Shown: positions 1 through 10,065 of the stretch, piece after piece | How positions within the stretch are numbered: the stretch's first letter is position 1 | Layout of the letters: each line of letters opens with the position of its first letter | The notes under the pieces: model-generated | Told to the model about the DNA's origin: nothing | Database searches by the model: none | The model's input: the letters and a program-made list of their open reading frames with translations, nothing else | NCBI GenBank assembly: GCA_040954595.2 | Contig: JBECUI020000032.1 | Coordinates: 62,001-126,000, forward strand | DNA length: 64,000 nt | Source: Balanoglossus misakiensis | Lineage: Eukaryota; Animalia; Hemichordata | Direction of reading: 5' to 3' | Program-made: the position numbers and the translations under genes

Positions 1-447
1 CAGAAGGAATCCCAGTCCATTGCTGGCAGTAGCATTGCCGTCATCTACTTTAAGGGCTGAGCGGTAGCAATCCTGCGCCAAATTCTTTTCGCCTAGCTTC
101 CAATAACAGTAGGCCAGGGCAGACCAGGCTTGGGCCGATTCATAGCCTTCCTGGAGCACGCAGTGAAGTTGCCTCTCTGCTTGGTTTATTTCTCCAGTTT
201 TAATGAACAACCAAGCAAGAAGCATCCTTGCTTGGTAGAGCCACACAAGATGGGTACTCCGTTCTATAAGAATTTTCAATTGTGTGATGGCCTGGGTATA
301 CTTTCTCAGATGGATATAACAGAGACCTAAATAGTAAGCCAGCTCCAAGTCCTCGGCGGGGTTGAGCTTCTCGGCCAATAAAGACTCCAGGGCCTTCTGA
401 AATTCTCCCCTTTTATAAAGCTCCTTGGCCTTAGCTCTTAAATTCAT
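1..447 (-). CDS. Tetratricopeptide-repeat protein, runs off the window edge
   Basis: Not in ORF track. Manual translation from ATG 447: MNLRAKAKELYKRGEFQKALESLL...AYYLGLCYIHLRKYTQAI...AWSALAYCYWKLGEKNLAQDCYRSALKVDDGNATASNGLG; TPR-like pattern, open to position 1. Confidence 0.8.
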   Translation of the reverse strand, partial: MNLRAKAKELYKRGEFQKALESLLAEKLNPAEDLELAYYLGLCYIHLRKYTQAITQLKILIERSTHLVWLYQARMLLAWLFIKTGEINQAERQLHCVLQEGYESAQAWSALAYCYWKLGEKNLAQDCYRSALKVDDGNATASNGLGFLL

Positions 448-913
448 ACAAAACTTCCCGAGGCTCCGAAAAAATGCTTTTCAAGAATAGGAACTTTTAA
501 TGTATCGCCTGAGCCATAGTGAGAACAGCCTGCCGCATTAATAACACTTTCCCCAAGAGAGTCGACAAGAGACCTTTCTCTCATAGGGCGTAAGGTCCCA
601 GGAAACCTGAGGGTCTTTCTGCTTCCATCGCTGTCAGCTGTTGCAATATATTACACGAGTTCAGGCTTCTGAAATCAAATAGAAGCCCAGGAACCGGTTT
701 AGAAGAAGCAGCAAGAGCTTTGCGGCGATCCACTCCCAGCACCATGAGATAAGCATCGGCATACTTGCCCAAAAAGTTGGTATTAGGCGGAAACACTGTC
801 CACCACCTTGGCGTCAGTAAGATCCACAGTTCCGTGTAAAAGAACAAGCCTCTCACGCAAAGCCACCATCTTTTCCCCTCGATAACTTCTACGACAAAGT
901 GACTCCGAAACAT
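431..913 (-). CDS. Hypothetical protein, probably frameshifted, between rpmE and the TPR gene
   Basis: ORF 581-913 plus a downstream frame ending ...VLYEFKS* that overlaps the TPR start; no recognisable motif. Confidence 0.3.
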
Positions 914-969
914 TTTCAGGAAAAGCCTGGAAGAACTTTCTCCCTACCTAGCAGGCAAGCCAAATTTAC

Positions 970-1179
970 TTACGTTTTGGCTTTTATTCCGTATTTCCTG
1001 TTAAACCTTTCAACACGGCCTGCTGTATCGACCAGTTTTTGCTTACCTGTAAAAAATGGATGACAGAGCGAACAAAGTTCAATCTGCATATCACCAACTG
1101 TCGAATATGTGTCAATAACGTTACCACAAGCACAAGTAATTTTTGATACTTTGTATTCAGGATGAATATTTTTTTTCAT
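970..1179 (-). CDS. rpmE: 50S ribosomal protein L31, Zn-binding type
   Basis: MKKNIHPEY...CACGN...[24 protein letters not shown]; directly downstream of rho. Confidence 0.97.
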   Translation of the reverse strand: MKKNIHPEYKVSKITCACGNVIDTYSTVGDMQIELCSLCHPFFTGKQKLVDTAGRVERFNRKYGIKAKT

Positions 1180-1204
1180 ACTTCCAACCTTAGCCAAACT
1201 GTTG

Positions 1205-2899
1205 TTAAATATCCAAACGAGCGCCTGGAGTATTCATCGCCTTAAGAAAGGCTTCATTATCCTTTGTTTTACGCATCTTGTCAACAATCATTTCTGTGGA
1301 TTCCATATCATCCATGGGACTTAGCACCTTACGTAGAATCCACATCTTATTAAGCTCTTCTGTAGTCAGGAGAAGATCTTCCTTTCTTGTACTGGATTTC
1401 TTAATATTGAATGCTGGATAAACTCGTTTATCCGACAAACGGCGGTCAAGAACCAGCTCCATATTACCAGTACCTTTAAACTCCTCAAAAATGACCTCAT
1501 CCATCCGGCTTCCCGTCTCAATCAGTGCCGTGGCCACAATGGTCAAACTCCCACCTTCTTCAATGTTACGAGCAGCACCAAAGAAACGTTTGGGTTTATG
1601 TAGAGCATTGGAATCCACACCCCCGGAAAGAATTTTTCCGCTGGTGGGAACAGTTTGGTTATAGGCCCGAGCCAGTCGGGTAATGGAATCGAGAAGAATT
1701 ACTACGTCTTTCTTATGCTCCACTAGTCGCCGGGCTTTCTCCAGGACCATCTCCGTTACCTGAACATGGCGGGAAGCTTGTTCATCAAAGGTAGAAGCAA
1801 CAACTTCTCCCTGAACACTGCGCTGCATATCCGTCACTTCTTCTGGACGTTCATCAATAAGCAGAACAATCATGTAGGCCTCGGGGTGATTTTCTGTAAT
1901 TGAATTGGCAATTTTCTGAAGAACTATCGTCTTTCCAGCCTTGGGAGGAGATACAATGAGTCCACGCTGCCCTTTGCCGATGGGACTAAAGAGATTGATG
2001 ATTCTAGTAGTGGTATCTTCATTACGAATCTCCATATTCAACCGTTCTGTTGGGTAAATCGGGGTAAGGTTCTCAAAAGATACCCGGGTCTGAGCCATGG
2101 TAGGATCTTCGTAATTAACGCTGACCACCCGCAGCATAGCAAAGAACCGTTCTCCCTCTTTGGGCGAGCGGATCTGCCCATAAACAGTATCTCCGGTTTT
2201 TAAATTGAACAGGCGAATTTGACTGGGAGAAATGTAAATGTCGTCACTACCAGGTAAATAAGAGTTTTCGGGAGAGCGCAGGAAACCGTAGCCGTCGGGA
2301 AGAATCTCCAGTGCACCGTAGGCATAAATAACACCTCCCTTTTCAATGTGGGTTTTAAGAACATTGAAAATCAGTTCCTGCTTCTTTAAAGGAATGAGTT
2401 CTTCTCTCTTAAGTCCCAACTCTCCGGCCATGTCCCGAAGTTTCGGCATGGTCATATTGGAAAGTTCGTTAATAAGAAGCTTAGGAGCATCAGGGGGATG
2501 CTTGGGCCCTTTATGGGCACGGCCTTTGTAACCTTCTTCAACAAAGTTGCTGGGGTCTTTAGGAATAAAGGACTGAGGAGAGTTTTTCTTCTGCTCAGAA
2601 CCACTGTTTTCTACTACCTTCGAAGGTACTGCCTCTTCTTTTTGGGCATTCCCGCCGAATTCCATGGCAAGTTTTGGAGCATCATGGGCCTTTCCTTCAG
2701 AGGAAAGCTCCGATTCCTTTTTCAACTCAACACGAAGTTTTTTCTTAACTCTCACTTTAGTCGTCTCTTCTCCCTCGTTGAACAAGGAAGCACCATTTTT
2801 TATGACAAGGGTTTTCTTTTTTCTAGTTGGGGAAGAAGGGCTTGTACCTTTTTCCGAAACTTTCTCTGAGCTCCCCACATCAAATTCATTTTGCTCCAT
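1205..2899 (-). CDS. rho: Transcription termination factor Rho with Lys/Glu-rich N-terminal extension
   Basis: [62 protein letters not shown]; start chosen at MEQNEF (2899). Confidence 0.98.
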   Translation of the reverse strand: MEQNEFDVGSSEKVSEKGTSPSSPTRKKKTLVIKNGASLFNEGEETTKVRVKKKLRVELKKESELSSEGKAHDAPKLAMEFGGNAQKEEAVPSKVVENSGSEQKKNSPQSFIPKDPSNFVEEGYKGRAHKGPKHPPDAPKLLINELSNMTMPKLRDMAGELGLKREELIPLKKQELIFNVLKTHIEKGGVIYAYGALEILPDGYGFLRSPENSYLPGSDDIYISPSQIRLFNLKTGDTVYGQIRSPKEGERFFAMLRVVSVNYEDPTMAQTRVSFENLTPIYPTERLNMEIRNEDTTTRIINLFSPIGKGQRGLIVSPPKAGKTIVLQKIANSITENHPEAYMIVLLIDERPEEVTDMQRSVQGEVVASTFDEQASRHVQVTEMVLEKARRLVEHKKDVVILLDSITRLARAYNQTVPTSGKILSGGVDSNALHKPKRFFGAARNIEEGGSLTIVATALIETGSRMDEVIFEEFKGTGNMELVLDRRLSDKRVYPAFNIKKSSTRKEDLLLTTEELNKMWILRKVLSPMDDMESTEMIVDKMRKTKDNEAFLKAMNTPGARLDI

Positions 2900-3104
2900 A
2901 TTGAATACCTTTTTCTGACTGTTTCTGCTTATTGAGCATTGATATGCTTTCTCCGCCTGAACAAATCCATACAACAATCGACATTTTGCTATCGAATGCT
3001 ATCGTTGATTTTTAGTATCTCCCCCGCAGGCGAAAGCAGTAACAATAGCTATAAAGGGGAAGAAGAGAATCACTTTTGCAGGACCCTCCAGAAGATATTA
3101 AAGT

Positions 3105-3133
3105 ACCATAAAAAGTTTTCGAGAAGCTGTCAA
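3105..3133 (-). promoter_or_regulatory. Sigma70-type promoter for rho
   Basis: TTGACA-N17-TATGGT about 200 nt upstream of the rho start. Confidence 0.55.
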
Positions 3134-3636
3134 GCATCTTTTCCAAAACAAATAGCTCTCAACCATAGCCCACGCAAGGCCTCGTCACGAGCAGCAATAC
3201 AGACAGCTTCCCTCTCGCCTCTAAAGTGAAAGTGTCTTGAATCAGGTCTTCCTTCGGGACCGATCCAGGTTATCCACACCGTCCCCACAGGCTTTTCTGG
3301 AGTTCCCCCCATCGGTCCCGCAATACCTGTTATGGATACCACCCTATCAGCCCCCGAAAGTGACCTTATTCCCCATGCCATAGTCTTAGACACAGCCTGG
3401 GATACCGCCCCTTCTTGCAGGATAAGGCTCGGTTCTACCCCAAGAACAGTGGTTTTTGCCTCGTTGGCATAGGCAACAACCCCTCCCCAGACCACTGTAG
3501 AACTGCCGGAAATGGAGGTAAGAGTCGCAAGAAGACTTCCCCCCGTGCAGGACTCTGCCACCGCCAGAGTTTCTCCACGCTTCTCCAAAACGGATAATAA
3601 CTGCCGAACAAGATTCTCCGATGTCTCAGGAGACAT
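3130..3636 (-). CDS. CinA C-terminal domain / NMN deamidase (PncC-like)
   Basis: LAVAESCTGG, GAVS, SITGIAGPMGGTPEKPVGTV motifs. Confidence 0.92.
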   Translation of the reverse strand: MSPETSENLVRQLLSVLEKRGETLAVAESCTGGSLLATLTSISGSSTVVWGGVVAYANEAKTTVLGVEPSLILQEGAVSQAVSKTMAWGIRSLSGADRVVSITGIAGPMGGTPEKPVGTVWITWIGPEGRPDSRHFHFRGEREAVCIAARDEALRGLWLRAICFGKDA

Positions 3637-4042
3637 GCTTAAGGGATGTCTTTAACTGCGCTACACTTGCAGCAAAGACATCCAATCCTGCTACATCGGT
3701 GAGCATTTCGCAACGTCCCAAAAATTCAGTTCCTTCGGCCATGGTCAGCTGGGGAGATCGGATATTCCCAATGACAGAGGCACCAGGAAGTATCTCAATC
3801 CTCTCCGTTGCTTCTATATCCCCGCGAATAACTCCACCTGCCAGAAGGACAGCCACCTTGATTTCGGCAACAAGCTCAGCTCCCTTTTCTACGATAAGAA
3901 AACCAGACGACTCAATTTTACCTTCAAAACGTCCATTGATTTTAAGAAAGTCATTAAATTTTAGAGTCCCCCGCAAAAAAGTTTCTTTACCTAGTACGGT
4001 GCGTATAGCCTTAGGAGACAAACCCTCGTTACTCTGCGGCAC
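3626..4042 (-). CDS. Bactofilin (polymer-forming cytoskeletal protein)
   Basis: TVLGKETFLRGTLKF...INGRFEGKI...GVIRGDIEA...VIGNIRSP...GTEFLGRC beta-helix pattern; GTG start at 4042 inferred. Confidence 0.88.
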   Translation of the reverse strand: MPQSNEGLSPKAIRTVLGKETFLRGTLKFNDFLKINGRFEGKIESSGFLIVEKGAELVAEIKVAVLLAGGVIRGDIEATERIEILPGASVIGNIRSPQLTMAEGTEFLGRCEMLTDVAGLDVFAASVAQLKTSLKHVS

Positions 4043-4053
4043 TATACATTCCC

Positions 4054-4281
4054 TTACTTGTTCAGCATCACGAAAACGCCATCCCAATCTTTAGGGGGAG
4101 GGTTTTCTATGTAGCTCAGACAACGGTCAAGATATACTTGGGAGGGACCGTCGTTCTGATTAAGAGCCAAAGCTGCTGCAAAGCAATCTTTGGCCTCGGC
4201 AAATTGGAGTTTCTGATACAGCTTACGGCCTTCGGCAAAAAGCTTAAGCACACGTTTCTGAACATCGTCAATCATAGACAA
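4054..4281 (-). CDS. Small TPR-like protein resembling the C-terminal tail of bacterial adenylate cyclases
   Basis: FAEGRKLY...FAAALALNQNDGPSQVYLDRC...PPPKDWDGVF. Confidence 0.75.
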   Translation of the reverse strand: MSMIDDVQKRVLKLFAEGRKLYQKLQFAEAKDCFAAALALNQNDGPSQVYLDRCLSYIENPPPKDWDGVFVMLNK

Positions 4282-4291
4282 AACTCCTGAT

Positions 4292-5023
4292 TCACTCTTC
4301 CTCGCCTTTTCGCAATTCCCGAAAATGCTCCTGGAACCGAGAATCCAATTCGCGTAATGAGATTTCTATATTTTGGAAGTTCCCTTCGGCACTTTGTAAG
4401 TCACCCCTCTTATTTTTTAACTCTTCAAGAGCCACCAGAGTGTTCTTCATTTCTTTGACGACCTCAGCCTGAAAAGCTTCTATCTCCTTAGTATTGGAAA
4501 CTTTAAGAGTCTCAGCAAGTTCCTTTAAGCGCAGCATGGGTTTCCAGAGATGCTCGGTAAAGTGGAGAAGTGACTTGTTCAAAGATTCAGTATGGGCCAG
4601 GCGCTCTTCCCTAAGACTGACATGTCGGGAAAGTTCATGATTTCGGAGAACCGCTCTAATACGTGCCAGAACTTCGGAGAAGTTGAAGGGCTTGGTAATA
4701 TAATCATCAATACCTAATTCAAAACCTTCAATTTTATCCTGCACAGCATCCATAACAGAGAACATGATGATGGGTATATCCCTATACTTCACATACGCTT
4801 CGTTTTGTTTAAGAAGTTTGGTAAGTTCCCAGCCAGTCAATTGCGGAACAATATTGTCCAGTATGATCAAGTCAGGAAATTCTTCCTTAACGATGCGCAG
4901 GCCTTCTTCTCCATCGGCAGCTAAGTATGTTTCAAACCCCAGACGTGTTAACATAAGTTCAAAGAAGTCCAGATTAACACGTTCATCATCAATAATGAGA
5001 ATCTTCTTTTTTTCCATGATCAA
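4292..5023 (-). CDS. Response regulator: receiver domain plus coiled-coil output
   Basis: ILIIDDE, PDLIILD, GIDDYITKPF; helical C-terminus. Confidence 0.9.
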   Translation of the reverse strand: MIMEKKKILIIDDERVNLDFFELMLTRLGFETYLAADGEEGLRIVKEEFPDLIILDNIVPQLTGWELTKLLKQNEAYVKYRDIPIIMFSVMDAVQDKIEGFELGIDDYITKPFNFSEVLARIRAVLRNHELSRHVSLREERLAHTESLNKSLLHFTEHLWKPMLRLKELAETLKVSNTKEIEAFQAEVVKEMKNTLVALEELKNKRGDLQSAEGNFQNIEISLRELDSRFQEHFRELRKGEEE

Positions 5024-5182
5024 ATACTATCTTCTACCGCTCAGAATTCCAAGTCAAGTCATTACCCTTTTATTTTGGTAGTCATCATCATTTGCTGTTT
5101 TTCAGAAGTTCAACAAAAACCTTGCGACAAGAACGCCGGGATAAGGAAAGCTTCTAAGTCCCGACTCCAGAGAACAGGGAGC

Positions 5183-5614
5183 TTAACTTCTAAGATACCA
5201 AGCCAGTTTTTTTAATTCTTTTCCTGGACGAAAAACCGTTACGCCATGCGTCTTGACAGGAACAATGTCTCCGGTCTTGGGATTGCGTGCTTTCTCTCGT
5301 CCCTTACGTGTCCGGATTTCAAAAGTACCGAATCCCCGAAGCTCAACAACTTTGTCCGTGTCCAGAGCTATTTTAATTTCTTCAAAGAAACTACCAATAA
5401 CATCATGAACGCTTTTACGGTTAAGATTGGATTTCGCAGCTATATTTCCGATAATTTCAGCTTTGGTCATTTTTGTATAAGGGGAGCCATTTTTACCATC
5501 CCGGCTATTAACCTTCCGGTCTTCAGATTCTTCTTTAAGGACTTCAGCACCCTGAGGTCGAGAAGACCCATCCTCCCAAGTTTTTTGATCCATATAAGCT
5601 TCTCCAGCAACCAT
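5183..5614 (-). CDS. HU/IHF family nucleoid protein (Hbb-like)
   Basis: MTKAEII...VELRGFGTF...ARNPKTG...VFRPGKELK; immediately downstream of rpsT. Confidence 0.93.
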   Translation of the reverse strand: MVAGEAYMDQKTWEDGSSRPQGAEVLKEESEDRKVNSRDGKNGSPYTKMTKAEIIGNIAAKSNLNRKSVHDVIGSFFEEIKIALDTDKVVELRGFGTFEIRTRKGREKARNPKTGDIVPVKTHGVTVFRPGKELKKLAWYLRS

Positions 5615-5644
5615 GGTTTTCCCTCTTTGTCTACTTAGCTCTCA

Positions 5645-5911
5645 CTAAGTCTCCAAGATAGCCAATTTTTTATGTAGGCGAGATTTCTTTCGTGCCACAT
5701 TGTTGCGGTGAAGAACACCCTTGCCAGCCGCTGTATCAATTATTTTAACAAACTCAGCAAATTTGATCTTGGCAGCTTGTTGGTTCTTGTCCTTAAGGGC
5801 AGAATTAAAACCTTTGACGGCTGTTTTTACACGTCGACGAACCGCCGAGTTCCTTTGATGGCGTTTTACACTTTCTCGATGTCTTTTGGCAGCACTATTG
5901 GAATTGGGCAA
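5645..5911 (-). CDS. rpsT: 30S ribosomal protein S20
   Basis: NSNSAAKRHRES...IDTAAGKGVLHRNNVARKKSRL; TTG start after AGGAGG. Confidence 0.97.
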   Translation of the reverse strand: MPNSNSAAKRHRESVKRHQRNSAVRRRVKTAVKGFNSALKDKNQQAAKIKFAEFVKIIDTAAGKGVLHRNNVARKKSRLHKKLAILET

Positions 5912-5946
5912 ATCTTAAATCCTCCTGTTCCCCAACAGTATTCTAA

Positions 5947-5975
5947 ACAATACCGGAAAATTTATAAACCGTCAA
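5947..5975 (-). promoter_or_regulatory. Sigma70-type promoter for rpsT-HU
   Basis: TTGACG-N17-TATTGT. Confidence 0.6.
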
Positions 5976-6029
5976 GGCTTAAAAAAATTTTCACACTAAG
6001 GGATTCTGGGTGAATGTCTTCATTATTGA

Positions 6030-6200
6030 CTAGACAAAATTGCGGGGACTCCGCTCCTCACGCTTACATTTTCCACAGAAAGCAAAATGCTTCATCTTCC
6101 CGTGGGCATAAATCGATCTCATCTTGATTTCACCACCACAAGAACACATGAATTTATGCGTCCCTGCCATGGTACGAGCATTTTTACTTGTTCTGGACAT
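6030..6200 (-). CDS. 56-aa basic zinc-ribbon-like small protein
   Basis: Below the ORF-track cutoff. MSRTSKNARTMAGTHKFMCSCGGEIKMRSIYAHGKMKHFAFCGKCKREERSPRNFV; GAGGAG RBS 6 nt upstream; CxC and CxxC. Confidence 0.8.
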   Translation of the reverse strand: MSRTSKNARTMAGTHKFMCSCGGEIKMRSIYAHGKMKHFAFCGKCKREERSPRNFV

Positions 6201-6248
6201 GGCAAACTCCTCACGTAGAAATTGTCAAATTCTGGACTTCAAGCAGGA

Positions 6249-6277
6249 ATACTAATAAATTGTCTCAAGAATGTCAA
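6249..6277 (-). promoter_or_regulatory. Sigma70-type promoter for the small Zn-ribbon ORF
   Basis: TTGACA-N17-TAGTAT. Confidence 0.65.
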
Positions 6278-6316
6278 GATTCATTTCCACTCCGGTCCAC
6301 TCCAGCAGCGTTTCGA

Positions 6317-6826
6317 CTAACCAGCTATATCGATTAACAAGCCATTGATCTCATCCACTCTGCGTAATATTTCTAATTGATCGGCCTGTCCTTTTAGAAC
6401 ATGGACAACCAAGCTCTGGAGCTTCTGATCTACTACCCGTATCAAAATATACTTTTTCTGCTTCCAGTTCTGAGGGTTTCTGATGCCAACTTTTTCTTCG
6501 GCAGCCAATCCATTGTCCAGGGCATAACGGAAAAAACGCCTGATGGAATTTTTATATTCGGTAAGTGGACCTAGTACCGGATCACGCTTAAGCTCTTCTC
6601 CGATTTCATGTACGGCATCGAGAAGGCTTTCCAGAGTTTCCGAACCATCAAGATCAGGAAGTTGCCCCAGAGCCTCTGGTATGGCGGTCTCACCTTCGCC
6701 TACACCTCCCAACAACTCTGAAAAGGAAACTTTACTTAAGGGACCGTTTTTCTTTTCCTTACTCTTGCTTCCAGTGTGAGGTCTTACCGCCATTCTGCCA
6801 ATGAGGCTTAAACGCTCAATGTCCAT
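6317..6826 (-). CDS. YaaR / DUF327 family protein
   Basis: LLDAVHEIGEELK...YKNSIRRF...VDQKL...ILRRVDEINGLLID. Confidence 0.85.
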   Translation of the reverse strand: MDIERLSLIGRMAVRPHTGSKSKEKKNGPLSKVSFSELLGGVGEGETAIPEALGQLPDLDGSETLESLLDAVHEIGEELKRDPVLGPLTEYKNSIRRFFRYALDNGLAAEEKVGIRNPQNWKQKKYILIRVVDQKLQSLVVHVLKGQADQLEILRRVDEINGLLIDIAG

Positions 6827-6834
6827 AACCTACA

Positions 6835-7272
6835 TCAGGACCCCGAACTCTGAGTCTGGAGTTTCCCTCCTCCCCAGTCGATGGAGAAAAGGCTCTCATC
6901 TCCCGAAGGGGCCTTGGCCAGCATTTGAGAATCTTCGGTAATGGTGCAATGCCCATGAATAATCACTCCTTCTTCAACAATCAGATGGGGAGCACGGATA
7001 TTGCCGATAATCATACCTGTAGAAAGCACCACAACCTTATGGCTAGCCCAGATATCGCCTTTGATCACTCCTCCGACAATAACCGTCTCGGAGTGGATGA
7101 CACAGCGAGCCCGACCATGCCGGCCCACAAGAACCCGGCCGTCAGTGCGAATGCTGCCTTCAAAGTCCCCATCAATACGCAGAAGTCCATGAATATCCAG
7201 ATCCCCTCGGAAACGAGCCCCTTCGCCTATTATGGAATTAATCAAAGGGTAACCCTTTATGTTGTCACCCAT
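6835..7272 (-). CDS. Bactofilin
   Basis: SIIGEGARFRGDL...LRIDGDFEGSI...VGGVIKGDI...GNIRAPHLIVEEGVIIHGHC. Confidence 0.92.
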   Translation of the reverse strand: MGDNIKGYPLINSIIGEGARFRGDLDIHGLLRIDGDFEGSIRTDGRVLVGRHGRARCVIHSETVIVGGVIKGDIWASHKVVVLSTGMIIGNIRAPHLIVEEGVIIHGHCTITEDSQMLAKAPSGDESLFSIDWGGGKLQTQSSGS

Positions 7273-7275
7273 AGA

Positions 7276-8322
7276 CTAGTTATACCTTTGGAGTGTCTGA
7301 GATATGCTTTGTGTGGTCCCCGGAGGGGTGGACATATTGAGGAACTTAACAGGATCCACCAATTGTGATCCAATCATCACCTCATAGTGAAGATGGGGGC
7401 CAGTAGAAAGTCCTGAATTACCCATGGTGCCAAGGATTTCTCCTTGGGCAATCTCCTGGCCCACCCGAACATCAATGCGCTGAAGATGTCCGTACATGGT
7501 TTTAAAGCCATAGTTATGGCGTATCTCCACATAATGGCCCAGTCCATCTTTTTTATAGTCGACCTTCGTAACCTTGCCGTTGGCTGTGGCAAGAATGGGG
7601 ACCCCATAGCCAAAGGCCAGGTCAAGTCCCCGATGAAGATACCATTGGCCCTGGAATGGATGAATGGAAGGACCAAAAATCTGGGTGACAAATCCACGAA
7701 CACCCTTGAGAGGCCAGATTGTGGGGATATCTCCCAATAAATCTTTCTGGCTGGATAAAACCAGTCCAATATCTTCCAGAACGTTCACTGAATCGTTCAA
7801 AGAAACCCGCAACTGCTGCAGATCTCCAACCTCAGGAAAGGCCTCTCCACTCGATTCTTTTACCGCAAAAAGAGAAGAAAGATCTCCCCTTCCTTCGCCA
7901 GAGGAGGAATCCTGAAGGGAATCGTCAAATCCAAGAATGTTTATTGTTTTGGATAGGGCTTGACGAAAAAATTCTGAGGAACTTATCAGTTCACTGACCT
8001 CCATTCTCACAATCTCCAGACTCGCTTCTGTTTCGGCAAGATCTCGAGAACGGGAGGCCAAGAGGCTTTCCTGTCCAGAGAAATCAAGGGAGAACCAGAA
8101 AAAACTGGCTAGAAGGGCCAAGAAGAGAACACTTACAAAAAGTAAAGCAAACAAAGAGATCTGAAAGTGCAACGTCCTCTTTTCCGAATGAGGAATCAGC
8201 ATAATAGTAAATTTCCGAAATCCCCTCTTCCAGAAAGAGCGGAAAAAGTCTCCCAAAGAGGAAGAGCCTATTTTTCGATGAGGAAAACCACGGGACCTAA
8301 TATTCTTCTTAACCACAGTCAA
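7276..8322 (-). CDS. M23 family metallopeptidase (peptidoglycan endopeptidase) with N-terminal TM helix
   Basis: HRGLD, YGHL, GNSGLSTGPHLHYEV; directly upstream of a bactofilin. Confidence 0.95.
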   Translation of the reverse strand: MTVVKKNIRSRGFPHRKIGSSSLGDFFRSFWKRGFRKFTIMLIPHSEKRTLHFQISLFALLFVSVLFLALLASFFWFSLDFSGQESLLASRSRDLAETEASLEIVRMEVSELISSSEFFRQALSKTINILGFDDSLQDSSSGEGRGDLSSLFAVKESSGEAFPEVGDLQQLRVSLNDSVNVLEDIGLVLSSQKDLLGDIPTIWPLKGVRGFVTQIFGPSIHPFQGQWYLHRGLDLAFGYGVPILATANGKVTKVDYKKDGLGHYVEIRHNYGFKTMYGHLQRIDVRVGQEIAQGEILGTMGNSGLSTGPHLHYEVMIGSQLVDPVKFLNMSTPPGTTQSISQTLQRYN

Positions 8323-8413
8323 TACCTACAATGAAGCTTAAAATCATATACCTTAATTTTAACTACTATATCACTTCTTTTGGGTTAAAGCAAGAACTAT
8401 CACAATAAAAACA

Positions 8414-8443
8414 TTGACGAAGTCCCCCCTCCTGCGGTATAAT
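8414..8443 (+). promoter_or_regulatory. Sigma70-type promoter for tatD
   Basis: TTGACG-N18-TATAAT. Confidence 0.6.
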
Positions 8444-8499
8444 GGAATGAAGTCAGTTAGTAACTGAGCGAAGTTATTCCTTCAGAAAGTGAAATTCTC

Positions 8500-9282
8500 A
8501 TGCGATATTTTGATACCCATGCCCATATTGGCCTTATCAACGAAGACCCGATTGAGCAGTTGATCGTTGTTCAGGAAGCCAAACAAGAAAATGTAATGCC
8601 CATTATGAGCGTTACTAATAATCTTCGAGACTTCCTTAACTTACACCAAAACCTCGTTTCTTCCCCTCAGGTTATATTCAGTATCGGTGTTTCACCCTCA
8701 GAGGTGCAACACCCTGGGCTGGATTGGGAACAAAAAATTAACGAAGGAGTTAAAAAAGAACGGGTTGTTGCCATTGGCGAAACGGGGCTTGACTATTATC
8801 GGAAATTTGGCGACAAGAATTCCCAAGTGGAACTTTTTATTGCCCAGTTGGAACTCGCCGAAGCTTACAACCTTCCTGTGATTATTCATAACAGAAAGGC
8901 TGGCCGCAATATTCGGGAAATTCTCAAGTCCAAGCTTCCCAGCCGCGGTGCTGTACTCCATTGTTACTCTGAAGACTGGGAATACGCTAAGTCTATGTTA
9001 ATGGATCACGACAATGTTTATTTTTCCTTTGCAGGAAACGTAACCTACCGCAATGCTCGTAATCTCCACGAAACCGTGCAGAAACTTCCCCTGGAAAGAA
9101 TTGTTATTGAAAGTGAAAGTCCCTTTATGGTTCCAGCCGATTTCCGGGGCAAACGCAACAAGCCGATCTACCTGCCTTCCACTGCTAAGTTTATTGCCGA
9201 ACTGCGGGGAGAAGAGCACCAGGAGGTAATCGAGAAGCTTTATAGTAATTCTTGTGAGCTTTTCGGTATAAAACAGGACTAA
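8500..9282 (+). CDS. tatD: TatD family hydrolase
   Basis: FDTHAH, AIGETGLDY, IIHNR, VLHCYS. Confidence 0.92.
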   Translation: MRYFDTHAHIGLINEDPIEQLIVVQEAKQENVMPIMSVTNNLRDFLNLHQNLVSSPQVIFSIGVSPSEVQHPGLDWEQKINEGVKKERVVAIGETGLDYYRKFGDKNSQVELFIAQLELAEAYNLPVIIHNRKAGRNIREILKSKLPSRGAVLHCYSEDWEYAKSMLMDHDNVYFSFAGNVTYRNARNLHETVQKLPLERIVIESESPFMVPADFRGKRNKPIYLPSTAKFIAELRGEEHQEVIEKLYSNSCELFGIKQD

Positions 9283-9301
9283 CTTGGGGGCATCGGGGCT
9301 G

Positions 9302-10065
9302 TTATTTTGTTCTCCCTGATGCCGCCGGGGAGGGCCACAAGGCCATATCAAAGACAGATTCCAACGGCTCCTCCCAGGCTTCGGGAAGGTAGGGAAAGAA
9401 ATCGATGCCTGTTTCTGCTTCCACTTCATCAACCGAAACAGCAAACTGGCTCAAGGGAAGTCCACTTTCCCGGTTAGGCAGGAGAAAACCAATGGCCTTA
9501 AACTCGGGTTCACGATAGTCCAAGATGACTTTGTACAGCACTTCAGGCACGGCCACCTGGTTGTAGCCTATTCTTTGATAATTATCCCTGTTGAGTACTG
9601 GCCCGGAAACAACAAATATCCCTCCGATTTCTACAGCCCAAGTTCTTACTAATTCTTCGAGTTCCCTCCATACTCCCTGCTTAAAATTCCTGTCCAGAGA
9701 AACAATGCTGCTCATGTAGAAGGTCTCACTCATGCCTTCCTGTGTCAGTCTCCTATCTTCAGGAGGAATCAAATGGCCCATGTCAAATCCCGAACCCCTG
9801 TAATCTCCAGGTTCAGCCGACTTCGTTCTTACTCCGGGATCGCTTCTAAAATCCATATCTGGGATAAAACTTCCTTCTACCTGTTCCCGGTTTAGTTCAT
9901 AGGCAACCCAGGAAGCCAGTTCCAGTTCTTCGTTGTATTCCAGGGAGTAAAAACGATGTTCCACCACGGCATTGGTATTGCCGATACGTGGAAGAAAAAG
10001 AGAATCGGCATGAAGAAGGGAAAGGGGGGAGAAAACAAAAATAAGAAGAGTTTCCCAGGGTTCAT
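9302..10065 (-). CDS. Exported DNA/RNA non-specific endonuclease family protein with atypical active-site residues
   Basis: YSLEYN..LASWVAY, DYRGSGFDMGHL, VVSGPV, VAVPEVLYKVI, VSVDEVEAETGIDFF; probable start ATG 10065 with a frameshift in the signal peptide. Confidence 0.88.
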
